A stretch of 64,000 nucleotides of DNA from Pseudomonadota bacterium (lineage in GTDB: Bacteria; Pseudomonadota; Alphaproteobacteria; Rhizobiales; Xanthobacteraceae), in assembly GCA_003576765.1 (NCBI GenBank), contig QEVP01000006.1, positions 5,116 to 69,115 on the forward strand, written 5' to 3'. The translations under genes and the position numbers were made by a program. This document shows, piece after piece, positions 19,730 to 32,766 of the stretch. The notes beneath the pieces are model-generated. The model saw only the letters and a program-made list of their open reading frames with translations. It ran no database searches and was not told the DNA's origin. Position 1 is the first letter of the stretch. Every line of letters starts with the position of its first letter.

Positions 19730-20630
19730 TCCCGTCGCTGGTGCGGCCCAGCCGCTGCTCACGCAGGAAGATGTAGAACCCGGCGCCGATGATGATCGCG
19801 GCGCCGGCCAGCGTGTGCCAGGCCGGGACGTCGCCGAACACCACGTAGCCGAAGATCACCGCGTAGATGATCATCGTATACTGGTAAGGCACCACGACGC
19901 TGGCCGGGGCGAGCCGCAGCGAGCGGTTGACGCTGAGCAGAGCGCCGACCGCGATGGCGCCGGCGGCGACGAACAGCACCACACCGCCGAGATCCGGCGT
20001 CACCCAGCCGAACGGCGCCATCACCGCGCCAAGGATCAGCGTGCCGGCGAACTGGCTCGACGCCAGCACGATGTCGGGAGCGCCGCGCAGCGATCGCGTC
20101 GCCACCAATGACACGGCAAACGACAGGCTGCCGCCGAGCGCGATCAGCGCCGGCCAGGTCAGCGTGTCGGCGGAGGGCTGCAAGGCGACCAGCACGCCGC
20201 AGAAGCCGACGCCGACCGCGCTCCAGCGCCGCCACCCGACCGCTTCCTTCAGCACGAGCGCCGCGATCGCCGTGACGAAAATCGGCGTCGCGAGGTAGTA
20301 GGTGATGACGTCGACAAGCGGCAGGTAGGTCACCGCCGCGAAGAAGGCGGCGACCTCCACCGTGGACATGACCACGCGCAGCGCGTGCAGTCCGGGCCGC
20401 GGCAGGCGGCGGAACAGCGCGCGCTCGCGCCAGATGAAGGGCGCCATCAGCGTGATCGAGGTGACCGAGCGCAGCAGCAGGAACTGGCCGAGCGTGTAGG
20501 TCGCGACGACGACCTTGCCGACCGCGTCGCCGAGCGAGAACAGGCCGATCCCGGTCAGCATCAGGGCGATGCCGGCAAGGTGGGCGGAGCGCTGATCGTT
20601 CGAGGGCGACAGGCGTGCAAACAGGGTCAT
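19710..20630 (-). CDS. DMT superfamily (EamA-like) transporter
   Basis: Trimmed to ATG 20630. About 10 hydrophobic segments arranged as two EamA-like halves. Confidence 0.8.
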   Translation of the reverse strand: MTLFARLSPSNDQRSAHLAGIALMLTGIGLFSLGDAVGKVVVATYTLGQFLLLRSVTSITLMAPFIWRERALFRRLPRPGLHALRVVMSTVEVAAFFAAVTYLPLVDVITYYLATPIFVTAIAALVLKEAVGWRRWSAVGVGFCGVLVALQPSADTLTWPALIALGGSLSFAVSLVATRSLRGAPDIVLASSQFAGTLILGAVMAPFGWVTPDLGGVVLFVAAGAIAVGALLSVNRSLRLAPASVVVPYQYTMIIYAVIFGYVVFGDVPAWHTLAGAAIIIGAGFYIFLREQRLGRTSDGITPPPA

Positions 20631-20766
20631 GGACCACCCGAAGGGGCGGCGCCGGAACGGCCGCCTCGCGACTGCTTTAGGAATTGCCCGCTCCACAGGC
20701 AACCGTCGCGGGCGCGGAGCCGGGCTGCGCCGGAAATTTGTCATTCCGGCAGGCGAACTGTGATAG

Positions 20767-22946
<2,180 letters not shown>

Positions 22947-22960
22947 CAAATACTCTGAAT

Positions 22961-23072
22961 CTTCATTGCCGGGCTTGACCCGGCAATCTATCTTCCCTGG
23001 AACGATGGATACCCGCGACGTAGGCGTTCGACAGAACGCCGTTCTTCGAACGGCTACGCGCGGGCATGACGC
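22961..23072. repeat. Intergenic repeat family 1, paired units. The second unit has an expanded, nested-hairpin loop.
   Basis: CTTCATTGCCGGGCTTGACCCGGCAATCTAT (22961-22991) and GATGGATACCCGCGACG...CGCGCGGGCATGACGCC (23004-23072). Confidence 0.7.
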
Positions 23073-23088
23073 CTGAGAAAGCCGTAAT

Positions 23089-24381
23089 ATGACCGCACCC
23101 TTGAAAGCCGTTGACGCCACCGCCGACCTGCCTCGCCTGATGCGCGACCTCGCGGCGGCGGCGCGCGCGGCGGCGCGGGTGCTGGCGACGGCTCCGGCCG
23201 AGCAGAAGGACCGCGCCCTCGCGGCCATGGCGGCGGCCTTGCGCGGCGCCACCGCCGACATTCTCGCCGCCAATGCCGAGGACGTCGCCGAGGCCAGGGC
23301 CGGCGGCGCCAGCGCCGCCTTCATCGATCGGCTGGCGCTCAACGAGGCGCGCGTTGCCGCGATGGCCGACGGCATCGACGTGGTGCGCGCCATTCCCGAC
23401 CCCGTCGGTGCCGTCACCGAGCGCTGGCAGCGCCCCAACGGCATGGTGATCGAGCGTGTGCGCGTGCCGCTCGGGGTCATTGCCGTCATTTTTGAAAGCC
23501 GTCCCAACGTCGCGGCCGATGCCGGCGCGCTGTGCCTGAAGTCCGGCAACGCGGTGATCCTGCGCGGCGGCTCCGACAGCTTTCGCTCCTGCCGCGCCAT
23601 CCATGCCTGCCTGACGCAAGGATTGCGCGATGCGGGACTGCCGGAAGCGGCGATCGCGCTGGTGCCGACCCGCGACCGCGACGCCGTCGGACTGTTGCTC
23701 GGCGGTCTCGACGGCCTGATCGACGTCATCGTACCGCGCGGCGGCAAGAGCCTCGTCGCCCGCGTCAGCAATGAGGCGCGGGTACCGGTGTTCGCCCATC
23801 TCGACGGCAACAACCACGTCTATGTCGATGCCACCGCAAAGCTCGACATGGCGAAAAGCGTGGTGCTCAACGCCAAAATGCGCCGGCCCGGCATCTGCGG
23901 CGCGGCCGAGACGCTGCTGGTCGATCGCGCGGCGGTGGCGACCCATCTCAAGCCGCTGCTTGCAACGCTGATCGCGGCCGGCTGCGAGGTGCGCGGCGAT
24001 GCCGCGGTGCAGGCGGCCGACGCCCGCGTCCGCCCGGTGTCGGACGACGACTGGGACACCGAGTTCGAGGCGCCGATCATCGCGGCGAAAGTGGTCGATG
24101 GCGTGGACGATGCCATCCGCCACATCGAGCGCCACGGCTCGCGCCATACCGATGCGATCCTGTCGGAGGACTTAGCCGCCGTGGAGAAATTCCTCAACGA
24201 GGTGGACTCCGCGATCGTCGCCCACAACGCTTCGACTCAGTTCGCCGACGGCGGCGAGTTCGGCTTCGGCGCCGAGATCGGCATCGCCACCGGAAAATTC
24301 CACGCACGCGGGCCGGTCGGCGCCGAGCAACTGACCAGCTTCAAATATCGCATCCGCGGCAGCGGGCAGACGCGGCCCTGA
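23089..24381 (+). CDS. proA: Gamma-glutamyl phosphate reductase
   Basis: 430 aa of the aldehyde dehydrogenase-like ProA family (...ILRGGS..., ...[23 protein letters not shown]...). Confidence 0.95.
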   Translation: MTAPLKAVDATADLPRLMRDLAAAARAAARVLATAPAEQKDRALAAMAAALRGATADILAANAEDVAEARAGGASAAFIDRLALNEARVAAMADGIDVVRAIPDPVGAVTERWQRPNGMVIERVRVPLGVIAVIFESRPNVAADAGALCLKSGNAVILRGGSDSFRSCRAIHACLTQGLRDAGLPEAAIALVPTRDRDAVGLLLGGLDGLIDVIVPRGGKSLVARVSNEARVPVFAHLDGNNHVYVDATAKLDMAKSVVLNAKMRRPGICGAAETLLVDRAAVATHLKPLLATLIAAGCEVRGDAAVQAADARVRPVSDDDWDTEFEAPIIAAKVVDGVDDAIRHIERHGSRHTDAILSEDLAAVEKFLNEVDSAIVAHNASTQFADGGEFGFGAEIGIATGKFHARGPVGAEQLTSFKYRIRGSGQTRP

Positions 24382-24531
24382 CGGCTACGGCCGCCGCGCT
24401 CAACCTCTGCGCTGCGAGCATGTTTCCCTGCGGCGGGTCGCGATGGCGACGCCGCTGCCGCCATGCGACAGTACCGTCCCGGCGCGGACAGAGCCGCGCG
24501 GCCAGCATAACGCAACGAGGATCCCCAAGTC

Positions 24532-25770
24532 ATGAAGGCCGCAGAACTGAGCACCGTACAACGATGGGCGATTCTCGGCGGCACCGCCATGCTGCTCAGT
24601 CTCGCCATGGGCATGCGGCAGAGCTTTGGCCTGTTCCAGCCCTCGCTGCTGAACGAGGTCGGGCTCAGCGCCGCCGATTTCTCGCTGGCGATGGCGGTCC
24701 AGAACATCGTCTGGGGCGTGACCCAGCCGGTCGTCGGCGCGCTGGCCGACCGCCACGGCAGCCGGCCGGTGATGGTCGCCGGCGTGCTGATTTACGCCGT
24801 CGGACTGGTGGTGACGATGCTCGCCACCTCGGCACTGTGGTTCATTATCGGCAGCGGGCTGTGCGTCGGGCTGGCGCTCTCATGCACGGCCGGCAGTCTC
24901 GCGATGTCGGTGACGGCACGGACCGTATCGCCGGCGCGGCGCAGCGCGGCCATGGGCGCGGTATCGGCGGCCGGTTCGCTCGGACTGGTGATCGCCTCGC
25001 CGCTGGCCCAGACCCTGATCTCGAACGCAGGATGGCAGGTGGCGCTGATCGGCTTTCTCGGCTTCGCCGCGGTGATGCTGCCGTGCGCGCTCGGCGCGGG
25101 ACGGTCGGACGCGATCGAGATCGACCGCGCCGACGACACCGACGAGCCGGTCGGCGCAGTGGTGCAGGCGGCGCTGTCGCATTCCGGCTTCGTGGTGATG
25201 TCGGTGGCGTTCTTCGTGTGCGGGCTGCAGCTCGTCTTCCTGACCACGCACCTGCCGAACTACATCGCGATCTGCGGGCTCGATCCGGCGTTGAGCGCCT
25301 CGGCGCTGGCGCTGATCGGCCTGTTCAACGTGATCGGCTCCTACCTGTTCGGCTGGCTCGGCGGCATCTACCCCAAACAGCTCCTGCTCGGCGGCATCTA
25401 CATCGTGCGCTCGCTGGCGATCGCCGCCTATTTCTATTTTCCGGCGACGCCGACCTCGACGCTGGTGTTCGCCGCGGCGATGGGCGCGCTGTGGCTCGGC
25501 GTGGTGCCGCTGGTCAACGGCCTCGTCGCCAACCTGTTCGGGCTGCGCTTCATGACGACGCTGGCCGGCATCGCCTTCTTCAGCCACCAGGTCGGCTCGT
25601 TCGTCGGCGCCTGGGGCGGCGGGCTCGTCTATGACATGCTCGGCAGCTACGACGTCGCCTGGCGGGCCGGCGTGATCATCGGGCTGATCGCGGGCGTCGC
25701 CCAGATGCTGATGAACGTGCAGCCGCCGAAGCGGCGCACGGTCGCGGTGGCGTTGCCGAGCGCGACTTGA
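24532..25770 (+). CDS. MFS transporter
   Basis: 412 aa with about 12 hydrophobic segments and an MFS-like G..ADR.G.R loop (GALADRHGSRP). Confidence 0.85.
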   Translation: MKAAELSTVQRWAILGGTAMLLSLAMGMRQSFGLFQPSLLNEVGLSAADFSLAMAVQNIVWGVTQPVVGALADRHGSRPVMVAGVLIYAVGLVVTMLATSALWFIIGSGLCVGLALSCTAGSLAMSVTARTVSPARRSAAMGAVSAAGSLGLVIASPLAQTLISNAGWQVALIGFLGFAAVMLPCALGAGRSDAIEIDRADDTDEPVGAVVQAALSHSGFVVMSVAFFVCGLQLVFLTTHLPNYIAICGLDPALSASALALIGLFNVIGSYLFGWLGGIYPKQLLLGGIYIVRSLAIAAYFYFPATPTSTLVFAAAMGALWLGVVPLVNGLVANLFGLRFMTTLAGIAFFSHQVGSFVGAWGGGLVYDMLGSYDVAWRAGVIIGLIAGVAQMLMNVQPPKRRTVAVALPSAT

Positions 25771-25829
25771 GCCGCGCACCTCGCACAACCTTGCCTTCGC
25801 CGGGGAAGCGGTCCATATCGGCTATGGAG

Positions 25830-25854
25830 GGAACCCTCTGCGGGGGGTTCCGTT
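25830..25854 (+). promoter_or_regulatory. Candidate EcfG/general-stress-response promoter GGAAC-N16-CGTT upstream of sodB
   Basis: Exact GGAAC (25830-25834), 16-nt spacer, CGTT (25851-25854). It lies 36 nt before the sodB ATG. Confidence 0.5.
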
Positions 25855-25889
25855 ATCGTTTCCACACCCCTCACTGCGGACCTCATGCC

Positions 25890-26489
25890 ATGACCTTCAA
25901 GCTTCCCGATCTGCCTTACGCCTACGACGCGCTGGCGCCGTATATGTCCAAGGAAACGTTGGAATATCACCACGACAAGCACCATCAGGCGTATGTCACC
26001 AACGGCAACAATCTGCTCAAGGGCACCGAGTTCGAGGGCCAGTCGCTGGAGCAGGTCGTCAAGGGCTCGTACGGCAAGAATACCGCGTTGTTCAACAACG
26101 CCGGTCAGCACTACAACCACCTGCATTTCTGGAACTGGATGAAGCCGAAAGGCGGCGGCGACAAGCTGCCGGCCGCGCTCGCCAAGAAGATCGATCAGGA
26201 CCTCGGCGGCTTCGACAAGTTCAAGCAGGACTTCATCGCCGCCGGCAGCGGCCAGTTCGGCTCCGGCTGGGCCTGGCTCGCGGTCAAGAACGGCAAGCTC
26301 GAAGTGTCGAAGACCCCCAATGGCGAGAACCCGCTGGTGCACGGCGCCACCCCGATCCTCGGCGTCGATGTCTGGGAGCATTCCTACTACATCGACTACC
26401 GCAATCGCCGCCCCGACTACCTCAAGGCGTTCGTCGAGAACCTCGTCAACTGGGACTATGTCGAGGAGCTGTTCTCCAAGGCGACCTGA
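25890..26489 (+). CDS. sodB: Superoxide dismutase, Fe-type (Fe/Mn family)
   Basis: Trimmed to MTFKLPDLPYAYDALAPYMSKETLEYHHDKHH. FNNAGQHYNH and DVWEHSYY motifs support the Fe-type call. Confidence 0.9.
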   Translation: MTFKLPDLPYAYDALAPYMSKETLEYHHDKHHQAYVTNGNNLLKGTEFEGQSLEQVVKGSYGKNTALFNNAGQHYNHLHFWNWMKPKGGGDKLPAALAKKIDQDLGGFDKFKQDFIAAGSGQFGSGWAWLAVKNGKLEVSKTPNGENPLVHGATPILGVDVWEHSYYIDYRNRRPDYLKAFVENLVNWDYVEELFSKAT

Positions 26490-26521
26490 GCGGCAGCATG
26501 CCGACCATCAGAGACATGGAA

Positions 26522-26548
26522 CGGGGCCTTGCGGCCCCGTTTTTTTTT
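26522..26548 (+). terminator. Rho-independent terminator after sodB
   Basis: CGGGGCC-TTGC-GGCCCCG stem-loop followed by nine T residues. Confidence 0.85.
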
Positions 26549-26606
26549 GATCGCAGGACCCGCTGCGCGGAAACACGGTTGGGAACCCGCTTGCCGACCC
26601 GATGAT

Positions 26607-26621
26607 CGTTATATTATAACG
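26607..26621. promoter_or_regulatory. Zur box (perfect 15-bp palindrome CGTTATATTATAACG)
   Basis: Matches the core of the enterobacterial Zur consensus TGTTATAnTATAACA at 13 of 15 positions. It lies 38 nt upstream of the first ORF of a znu operon. Confidence 0.75.
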
Positions 26622-26659
26622 TTGCAGGATCGCTCCGCCGAACCTGGCGAAGCTCTGCC

Positions 26660-26848
26660 ATGGACCGCCATATGGATCACGCCCCGCACCACGGGCACAG
26701 CCACGGCCATCACCACGCACCGGGCGCGCCGCATCCGGCTGCCGCCCTGCCGCAGTCGCTGCTGCGGCTGCCGGCACTGGCCCGCCTTGCCGGCGCTGCC
26801 GCGCTCTCGGCCGTGATGTGGGTCGCGGTGATAATGGCGATGCACTGA
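26660..26848 (+). CDS. Small His-rich single-pass membrane peptide (62 aa), first ORF of the Zur-controlled operon
   Basis: MDRHMDHAPHHGHSHGHHHAPGAPHP (10 His in residues 4-25) followed by a hydrophobic C-terminal segment. Codons are GC3-rich. The stop lies 1 nt before the znuC ATG. No clear SD. Confidence 0.5.
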   Translation: MDRHMDHAPHHGHSHGHHHAPGAPHPAAALPQSLLRLPALARLAGAAALSAVMWVAVIMAMH

Positions 26849-26849
26849 C

Positions 26850-27605
26850 ATGACCGCGCTCGTGCAATTCGATGACGTGACGCTCGGCTACGACCGCCAC
26901 CCGGCGGTGCATCACCTCGACGGCGCCATCGCGCCGGGGGCGCTGATCGCGCTGGTTGGTCCCAACGGCGCCGGCAAATCGACGCTGTGCCGGGGCATCG
27001 TCGGGCTTCTCAAGCCGCTTGCCGGCACAATCCGCCGTACCCTCGATGCGCGCGATATCGCCTATCTGCCTCAATCGGCCGACATCGACCGCACCTTTCC
27101 CATCTCGGTGTTCGACTTTGCCGCCACCGGCCTGTGGCGCCGCACCGGAGTATTCGGCGGCATCGGCGCGCGCGGACGGGCCGAGGTGGCGCGGGCGCTG
27201 GCGGCGGTCGGCCTCAGCGGCTTCGAGAACCGCGCCATCGGCACGCTGTCGGGCGGCCAGACCCAGCGGCTCCTGTTCGCGCGGGTGCTGTTGCAGGACG
27301 CGAGCCTGATCGTGCTCGACGAGCCGTTCAACGCCGTCGATGCCAAAACCTCCGCCGACCTTCTCGAACTGATACGGCGCTGGCACGCCGAAGGCCGCAC
27401 CGTGCTCGCGGCGCTGCACGATTTCGAACTGGTGCGGACGCATTTTCCCGAGACGCTGCTGCTGGCGCGCGGCCTCGTGGCATGGGGGCCGACGCGCGAG
27501 GTGATGACGCCGGATCATCTCGCCCGCGCCCGCGACATGTGCGAGGCGTTCGACGACACGGCGGCGGCCTGCGTCGCCGAGCCGCCGCACGCTCACGCGG
27601 CGTAG
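26850..27605 (+). CDS. znuC: Zinc ABC transporter ATP-binding protein
   Basis: Walker A GPNGAGKST, signature LSGGQTQR, Walker B LIVLDEP. Operon context is a Zur box and a His-loop ZnuA. Confidence 0.85.
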   Translation: MTALVQFDDVTLGYDRHPAVHHLDGAIAPGALIALVGPNGAGKSTLCRGIVGLLKPLAGTIRRTLDARDIAYLPQSADIDRTFPISVFDFAATGLWRRTGVFGGIGARGRAEVARALAAVGLSGFENRAIGTLSGGQTQRLLFARVLLQDASLIVLDEPFNAVDAKTSADLLELIRRWHAEGRTVLAALHDFELVRTHFPETLLLARGLVAWGPTREVMTPDHLARARDMCEAFDDTAAACVAEPPHAHAA

Positions 27606-27616
27606 GCGCGCCGGCG

Positions 27617-28486
27617 ATGCCGTTCGATATCCTGATCGCGCCGTTCGTCGAATTCGCCTTCATGCGGCGCGCACTGGCCGGCATCATGGCGCTGGCGCTC
27701 GGCGGCGCGCCGATCGGCGTGTTCCTGCTGCTGCGGCGCATGAGCCTGGTCGGCGACGCGATGGCGCACGCGATCCTGCCGGGCGCGGCAATCGGCTTTC
27801 TGATTTCCGGCCTCAGCCTGTTCGCAATGACATTCGGCGGCCTGATCGCCGGCTTCGCCGTGGCGCTCGCCTCCGGGCTGGTGGCGCGCGGCACCGCCAC
27901 CAAGGAAGACGCCTCGCTCGCCGCCTTCTACCTGATCTCGCTGGCGCTCGGCGTCGCCATCGTCTCGGTGCGCGGCACCAATATCGACCTGCTGCACGTG
28001 CTGTTCGGCAACATCCTGGCGCTCGACGACGCAACCCTGATGGTGATCGCGCTCAACACCACGATCACCCTTGTGGTGCTTGCGGCGATCTACCGCCCGC
28101 TTGTGGTCGAGTGCGTCGATCCCGTATTTCTGCGCACGGTGAGCCGCGCCGGCGGCCTGGCGCACCTCGCCTTCCTCGCACTCGTCGTGGTCAACCTGGT
28201 CAGCGGCTTCCACGCGCTCGGCACCCTGCTTGCGGTCGGGCTTCTGGTCCTGCCGGCCGGCATCGCCCAGTTCTGGTCGCGCGACCTGACACGCGTCATC
28301 GCCATCGCAACCGGGGTTGCGATGGCGGCGGGCTATGGCGGGCTGGTGCTGTCGTTCCATGCCGACATCCCGTCCGGGCCGGCGGTGATCCTGATCGCCG
28401 GTGCGATCTATGCGGCGTCCGTTCTGTTCGGCCCGGTCGGCGGGCTGGTGCGGCGGTTGCGGCCGGGCCGCCACCTCGAAGCCTGA
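27617..28486 (+). CDS. znuB: Zinc ABC transporter permease
   Basis: Trimmed to MPFDILIAPFVEFAFMRRAL... 289 aa, ABC-3 family layout with LVGDAMAHAILPG. Confidence 0.85.
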   Translation: MPFDILIAPFVEFAFMRRALAGIMALALGGAPIGVFLLLRRMSLVGDAMAHAILPGAAIGFLISGLSLFAMTFGGLIAGFAVALASGLVARGTATKEDASLAAFYLISLALGVAIVSVRGTNIDLLHVLFGNILALDDATLMVIALNTTITLVVLAAIYRPLVVECVDPVFLRTVSRAGGLAHLAFLALVVVNLVSGFHALGTLLAVGLLVLPAGIAQFWSRDLTRVIAIATGVAMAAGYGGLVLSFHADIPSGPAVILIAGAIYAASVLFGPVGGLVRRLRPGRHLEA

Positions 28487-28499
28487 CAAGGAGGAGCGA

Positions 28500-29405
28500 A
28501 TGGGGTTGCGCCTGGTGCTGGCAACACTTCTCGCAGCGACAATGACAATCGCGGCGCGCGCCGAGCCGATCCCGGTGGTGGCGAGCTTCTCCATCCTTGC
28601 CGACTTCGCCCGCAACGTCGGCGGCGACCGCGTCGCCGTCACCGCGCTGGTCGGCCCCGGCGGCGACAGCCACGTCTATACCCCGACGCCGGCGGATGCC
28701 CGCACGGTGGCGGCGGCCAGGCTCGTCGTCGTCAACGGGCTCGGCTTCGAGGGCTGGCTGCCACGGCTGGTGAAGGCGGCGGGCGGCAAGGCCATCGTGA
28801 TCGAGGCGGCCAAGGGCGTGGCGCCCCGCAAGGCCGCGGACGACGATCACGATCATGGCCACGATCACAGCCACGACGCGGTCGATCCCCACGCCTGGCA
28901 GGCGGTCGCCAACGCCAAAATCTACGTGACCAATATCCGCGACGCGCTGATCGCCATCGATGCCGCCGGCACTGACGCCTATCGCGCCCGTGCGACAGCC
29001 TATCTGGCACAGCTCGACGCGCTCGAGGCCGAGGTGCGCAAAGCGGTCGCGACAATCCCCGCCGCGCGCCGCAAGGTAATCTCCAGCCACGCCGCCTTCG
29101 GCTATTTCGCCGACCGCTACGGCATCGCCTTCATCGCCCCGCAGGGCGTCTCGACCGAGGCCGAGCCGAGCGCCCGCGCGGTCGCCGCGCTGATCCGCCA
29201 GATCAAGCGGCAGCAGCTTCCCGCGGTATTCCTCGAAAACATGACCGACCCGCGCCTTGCGCGCCGCATCGCCGCCGAGACCGGCGCAAAGATCGGCGGC
29301 ACGCTCTACGCCGACAGCCTGACCGCCGAAAATGGCCCGGCGCCCACTTACATTGCCATGGTCAGGCACAATATAAAGGCGCTGACGGACGCGCTCTCCG
29401 ACTAG
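28500..29405 (+). CDS. znuA: Periplasmic zinc-binding protein with His-rich loop
   Basis: ATG 28500 after AAGGAGGAG, signal peptide, cluster-9 SBP layout, and loop DDDHDHGHDHSHDAVDPH. Confidence 0.85.
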   Translation: MGLRLVLATLLAATMTIAARAEPIPVVASFSILADFARNVGGDRVAVTALVGPGGDSHVYTPTPADARTVAAARLVVVNGLGFEGWLPRLVKAAGGKAIVIEAAKGVAPRKAADDDHDHGHDHSHDAVDPHAWQAVANAKIYVTNIRDALIAIDAAGTDAYRARATAYLAQLDALEAEVRKAVATIPAARRKVISSHAAFGYFADRYGIAFIAPQGVSTEAEPSARAVAALIRQIKRQQLPAVFLENMTDPRLARRIAAETGAKIGGTLYADSLTAENGPAPTYIAMVRHNIKALTDALSD

Positions 29406-29508
29406 GCTGCGGCGCGCCGTGCCCGCCATGCAGATCACAATATGCGGCCGCAGGCTTTGGGCGTCGCGATAGCTCGCGCGCCGTGCCGCGCCGTTCGAGG
29501 AGTTGCCG

Positions 29509-30576
29509 ATGTCCGATGCCGTGTCCGCCGAGAAAATCCCCGTCACCGTCCTCACCGGCTATCTCGGCGCCGGCAAGACCACGCTGCTCAACCGCATCCT
29601 CTCCGAGAACCACGGCAAGCGCTACGCGGTGGTGGTCAACGAGTTCGGCGAGATCGGCATCGACAACGACCTCGTGGTCGGCGCCGACGAGGAAGTGTTC
29701 GAGATGAACAACGGGTGCATCTGCTGCACCGTCCGCGGCGACCTGATCCGCATCCTCGGCGGACTGATGAAGCGCAAGGGCCGGTTCGACGCCATCATCG
29801 TCGAGACCACCGGGCTTGCCGATCCCGCACCTGTCGCCCAGACCTTCTTCGTCGACGAGGACGTGCAGAAGCACGCCCGGCTCGACGCCGTGGTGACAGT
29901 GGCCGACGCCAAATGGCTCAGCGAGCGGCTCAAGGACGCGCCGGAAGCCAAGAACCAGATCGCCTTCGCCGACGTCATCGTGCTTAACAAGACCGACCTC
30001 GTCAGCCCCGACGACCTCGCCGAGGTCGAGGGCCGCATCCGCGCCATCAACCCTTATGCGCGGCTGCACCGCACCGAGCGCTGCCGCGTCGAACTCGCCG
30101 ACGTGCTGGAGCGCAACGCCTTCGATCTCGACCGCATCGTCGATCTGGAGCCGGACTTCCTCAACCCCGGCGACGACCATGACCACGATCATCACGGCCA
30201 CGATCACGATCATGACCACCATCATCGTGGCCATTCCTCTCACGGTCATGGCGGCATGAAGCACTATCACGACGAGGACATGCAGTCGCTGGCGCTCAAG
30301 AGCGAGGCGCCGCTAGATCCCGTCAAGTTCATGCCGTGGCTGCAGGGACTGGTCGCCAAGGAAGGGCAGAAAATCCTGCGCTCCAAGGGCATCCTCGCCT
30401 TCAAGGACGACGACGAGCGCTACGTGTTCCAGGGCGTGCACATGATGCTGGAGGGCGACCACCAGCGGCCGTGGCGCGACGGCGAGCAGCGCTTGAGCCG
30501 GCTGGTGTTCATCGGCCGCGACCTGCCCGAGCAGGCGATCCGCGACGGCTTCACGGCCTGCATCGCGGCGTCATGA
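29509..30576 (+). CDS. COG0523/CobW-family G3E GTPase (zinc metallochaperone-like) with His-rich insert
   Basis: ATG 29509 lies 6 nt after GAGGAG. Motifs GYLGAGKTT and GCICCT (CxCC). His-rich insert [28 protein letters not shown]. Confidence 0.9.
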   Translation: MSDAVSAEKIPVTVLTGYLGAGKTTLLNRILSENHGKRYAVVVNEFGEIGIDNDLVVGADEEVFEMNNGCICCTVRGDLIRILGGLMKRKGRFDAIIVETTGLADPAPVAQTFFVDEDVQKHARLDAVVTVADAKWLSERLKDAPEAKNQIAFADVIVLNKTDLVSPDDLAEVEGRIRAINPYARLHRTERCRVELADVLERNAFDLDRIVDLEPDFLNPGDDHDHDHHGHDHDHDHHHRGHSSHGHGGMKHYHDEDMQSLALKSEAPLDPVKFMPWLQGLVAKEGQKILRSKGILAFKDDDERYVFQGVHMMLEGDHQRPWRDGEQRLSRLVFIGRDLPEQAIRDGFTACIAAS

Positions 30577-31592
30577 GCGGCCTCGGAGCGGAACGGCCCG
30601 AGCGCATCGCCTCGGTCGCCGATCAGGTCGCTGCGATCGCGCTCAAAGCGCCGGCGACCGCCGTGCATTTCCTCGGCGAGCGGGCGGTGTTCGTCGGCAG
30701 CGAGAAGACCTGCACGCTGGCCGCGCCGGACGGCACGCCGCAGCCGGTCACTGTGACGGACGGCGCCATCCTGTGCACGGTGTCGGACGGCATGCGGGTC
30801 GTGCTCGGTTGCGACGACGGCCGCGTGGTGTCGCTCGATGCCGACGCCGCCGTCACGACGCTCGCAACCGACGCAAAACGGCGCTGGATCGATTGCGTCG
30901 CTTTGCACAAGGACGGCACGCTGGCCTGGTCGGCCGGCAAGACGGCGTTCGTGCGCGGCCGCGACGGCGCGGAGAAGTCGTGGGAGGCGCCCTCCACCGT
31001 CGGCGGCCTGGCATTCGCGCCGAAAGGCGTGCGGCTCGCGGTCGCCCACTACGGCGGTGCCACGCTGTGGTTTCCCAACATGACGGCCAAGCCGGAGCGC
31101 CTCGACTGGGCCGGCTCGCATCTCGGCATCGCCTTCAGTCCCGACGGCCGCTTCGTCGTGACCGCCATGCACGAGCCGGCGCTGCACGGCTGGCGGCTCG
31201 CCGACGGCCGCCACATGCGCATGACCGGCTATCCGGCGCGGGTGAAAAGCATGGCATGGTGCGGCGGCGGCAAACTGCTCGCCACCTCGGGCGCCGACTG
31301 CCTGATCCTGTGGCCGTTCGGCAGCAAGGACGGCCCGATGGGCAAGGAGCCGATGATGCTGGCGCCGCTTACCACACGCGTATCCTGCGTCGCCGCGCAT
31401 CCGACGCAGGACATCCTTGCCACCGGTTACGAGGACGGCACCGTGCTGCTGGTGCGGTTGCCGGACGGCGCGGAGATTCTGGCGCGCGAGCGCGACGGCG
31501 ACGCCATTGCCGCGCTCGGCTGGAGCGCCAGCGGCGAAACGCTGGCGCTCGCCACCGAAGGCGGTGCGGCGGGACTGTTGAAGATCGTGTGA
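30573..31592 (+). CDS. WD40-repeat (beta-propeller) protein
   Basis: ATGA overlap with the COG0523 stop. Repeated blocks include [56 protein letters not shown] and [13 protein letters not shown]. Confidence 0.75.
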   Translation: MSGLGAERPERIASVADQVAAIALKAPATAVHFLGERAVFVGSEKTCTLAAPDGTPQPVTVTDGAILCTVSDGMRVVLGCDDGRVVSLDADAAVTTLATDAKRRWIDCVALHKDGTLAWSAGKTAFVRGRDGAEKSWEAPSTVGGLAFAPKGVRLAVAHYGGATLWFPNMTAKPERLDWAGSHLGIAFSPDGRFVVTAMHEPALHGWRLADGRHMRMTGYPARVKSMAWCGGGKLLATSGADCLILWPFGSKDGPMGKEPMMLAPLTTRVSCVAAHPTQDILATGYEDGTVLLVRLPDGAEILARERDGDAIAALGWSASGETLALATEGGAAGLLKIV

Positions 31593-31617
31593 CGGCGCGG
31601 CCGCTCAGCCCGCCGAT

Positions 31618-32766
<1,149 letters not shown>

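Noticed and set aside
26516-26543. GGAAC-N15-CGTT after sodB as another EcfG-type promoter.
   Set aside because: The spacer is 15 nt and the sequence is the stem of the sodB intrinsic terminator. The resemblance is coincidental.
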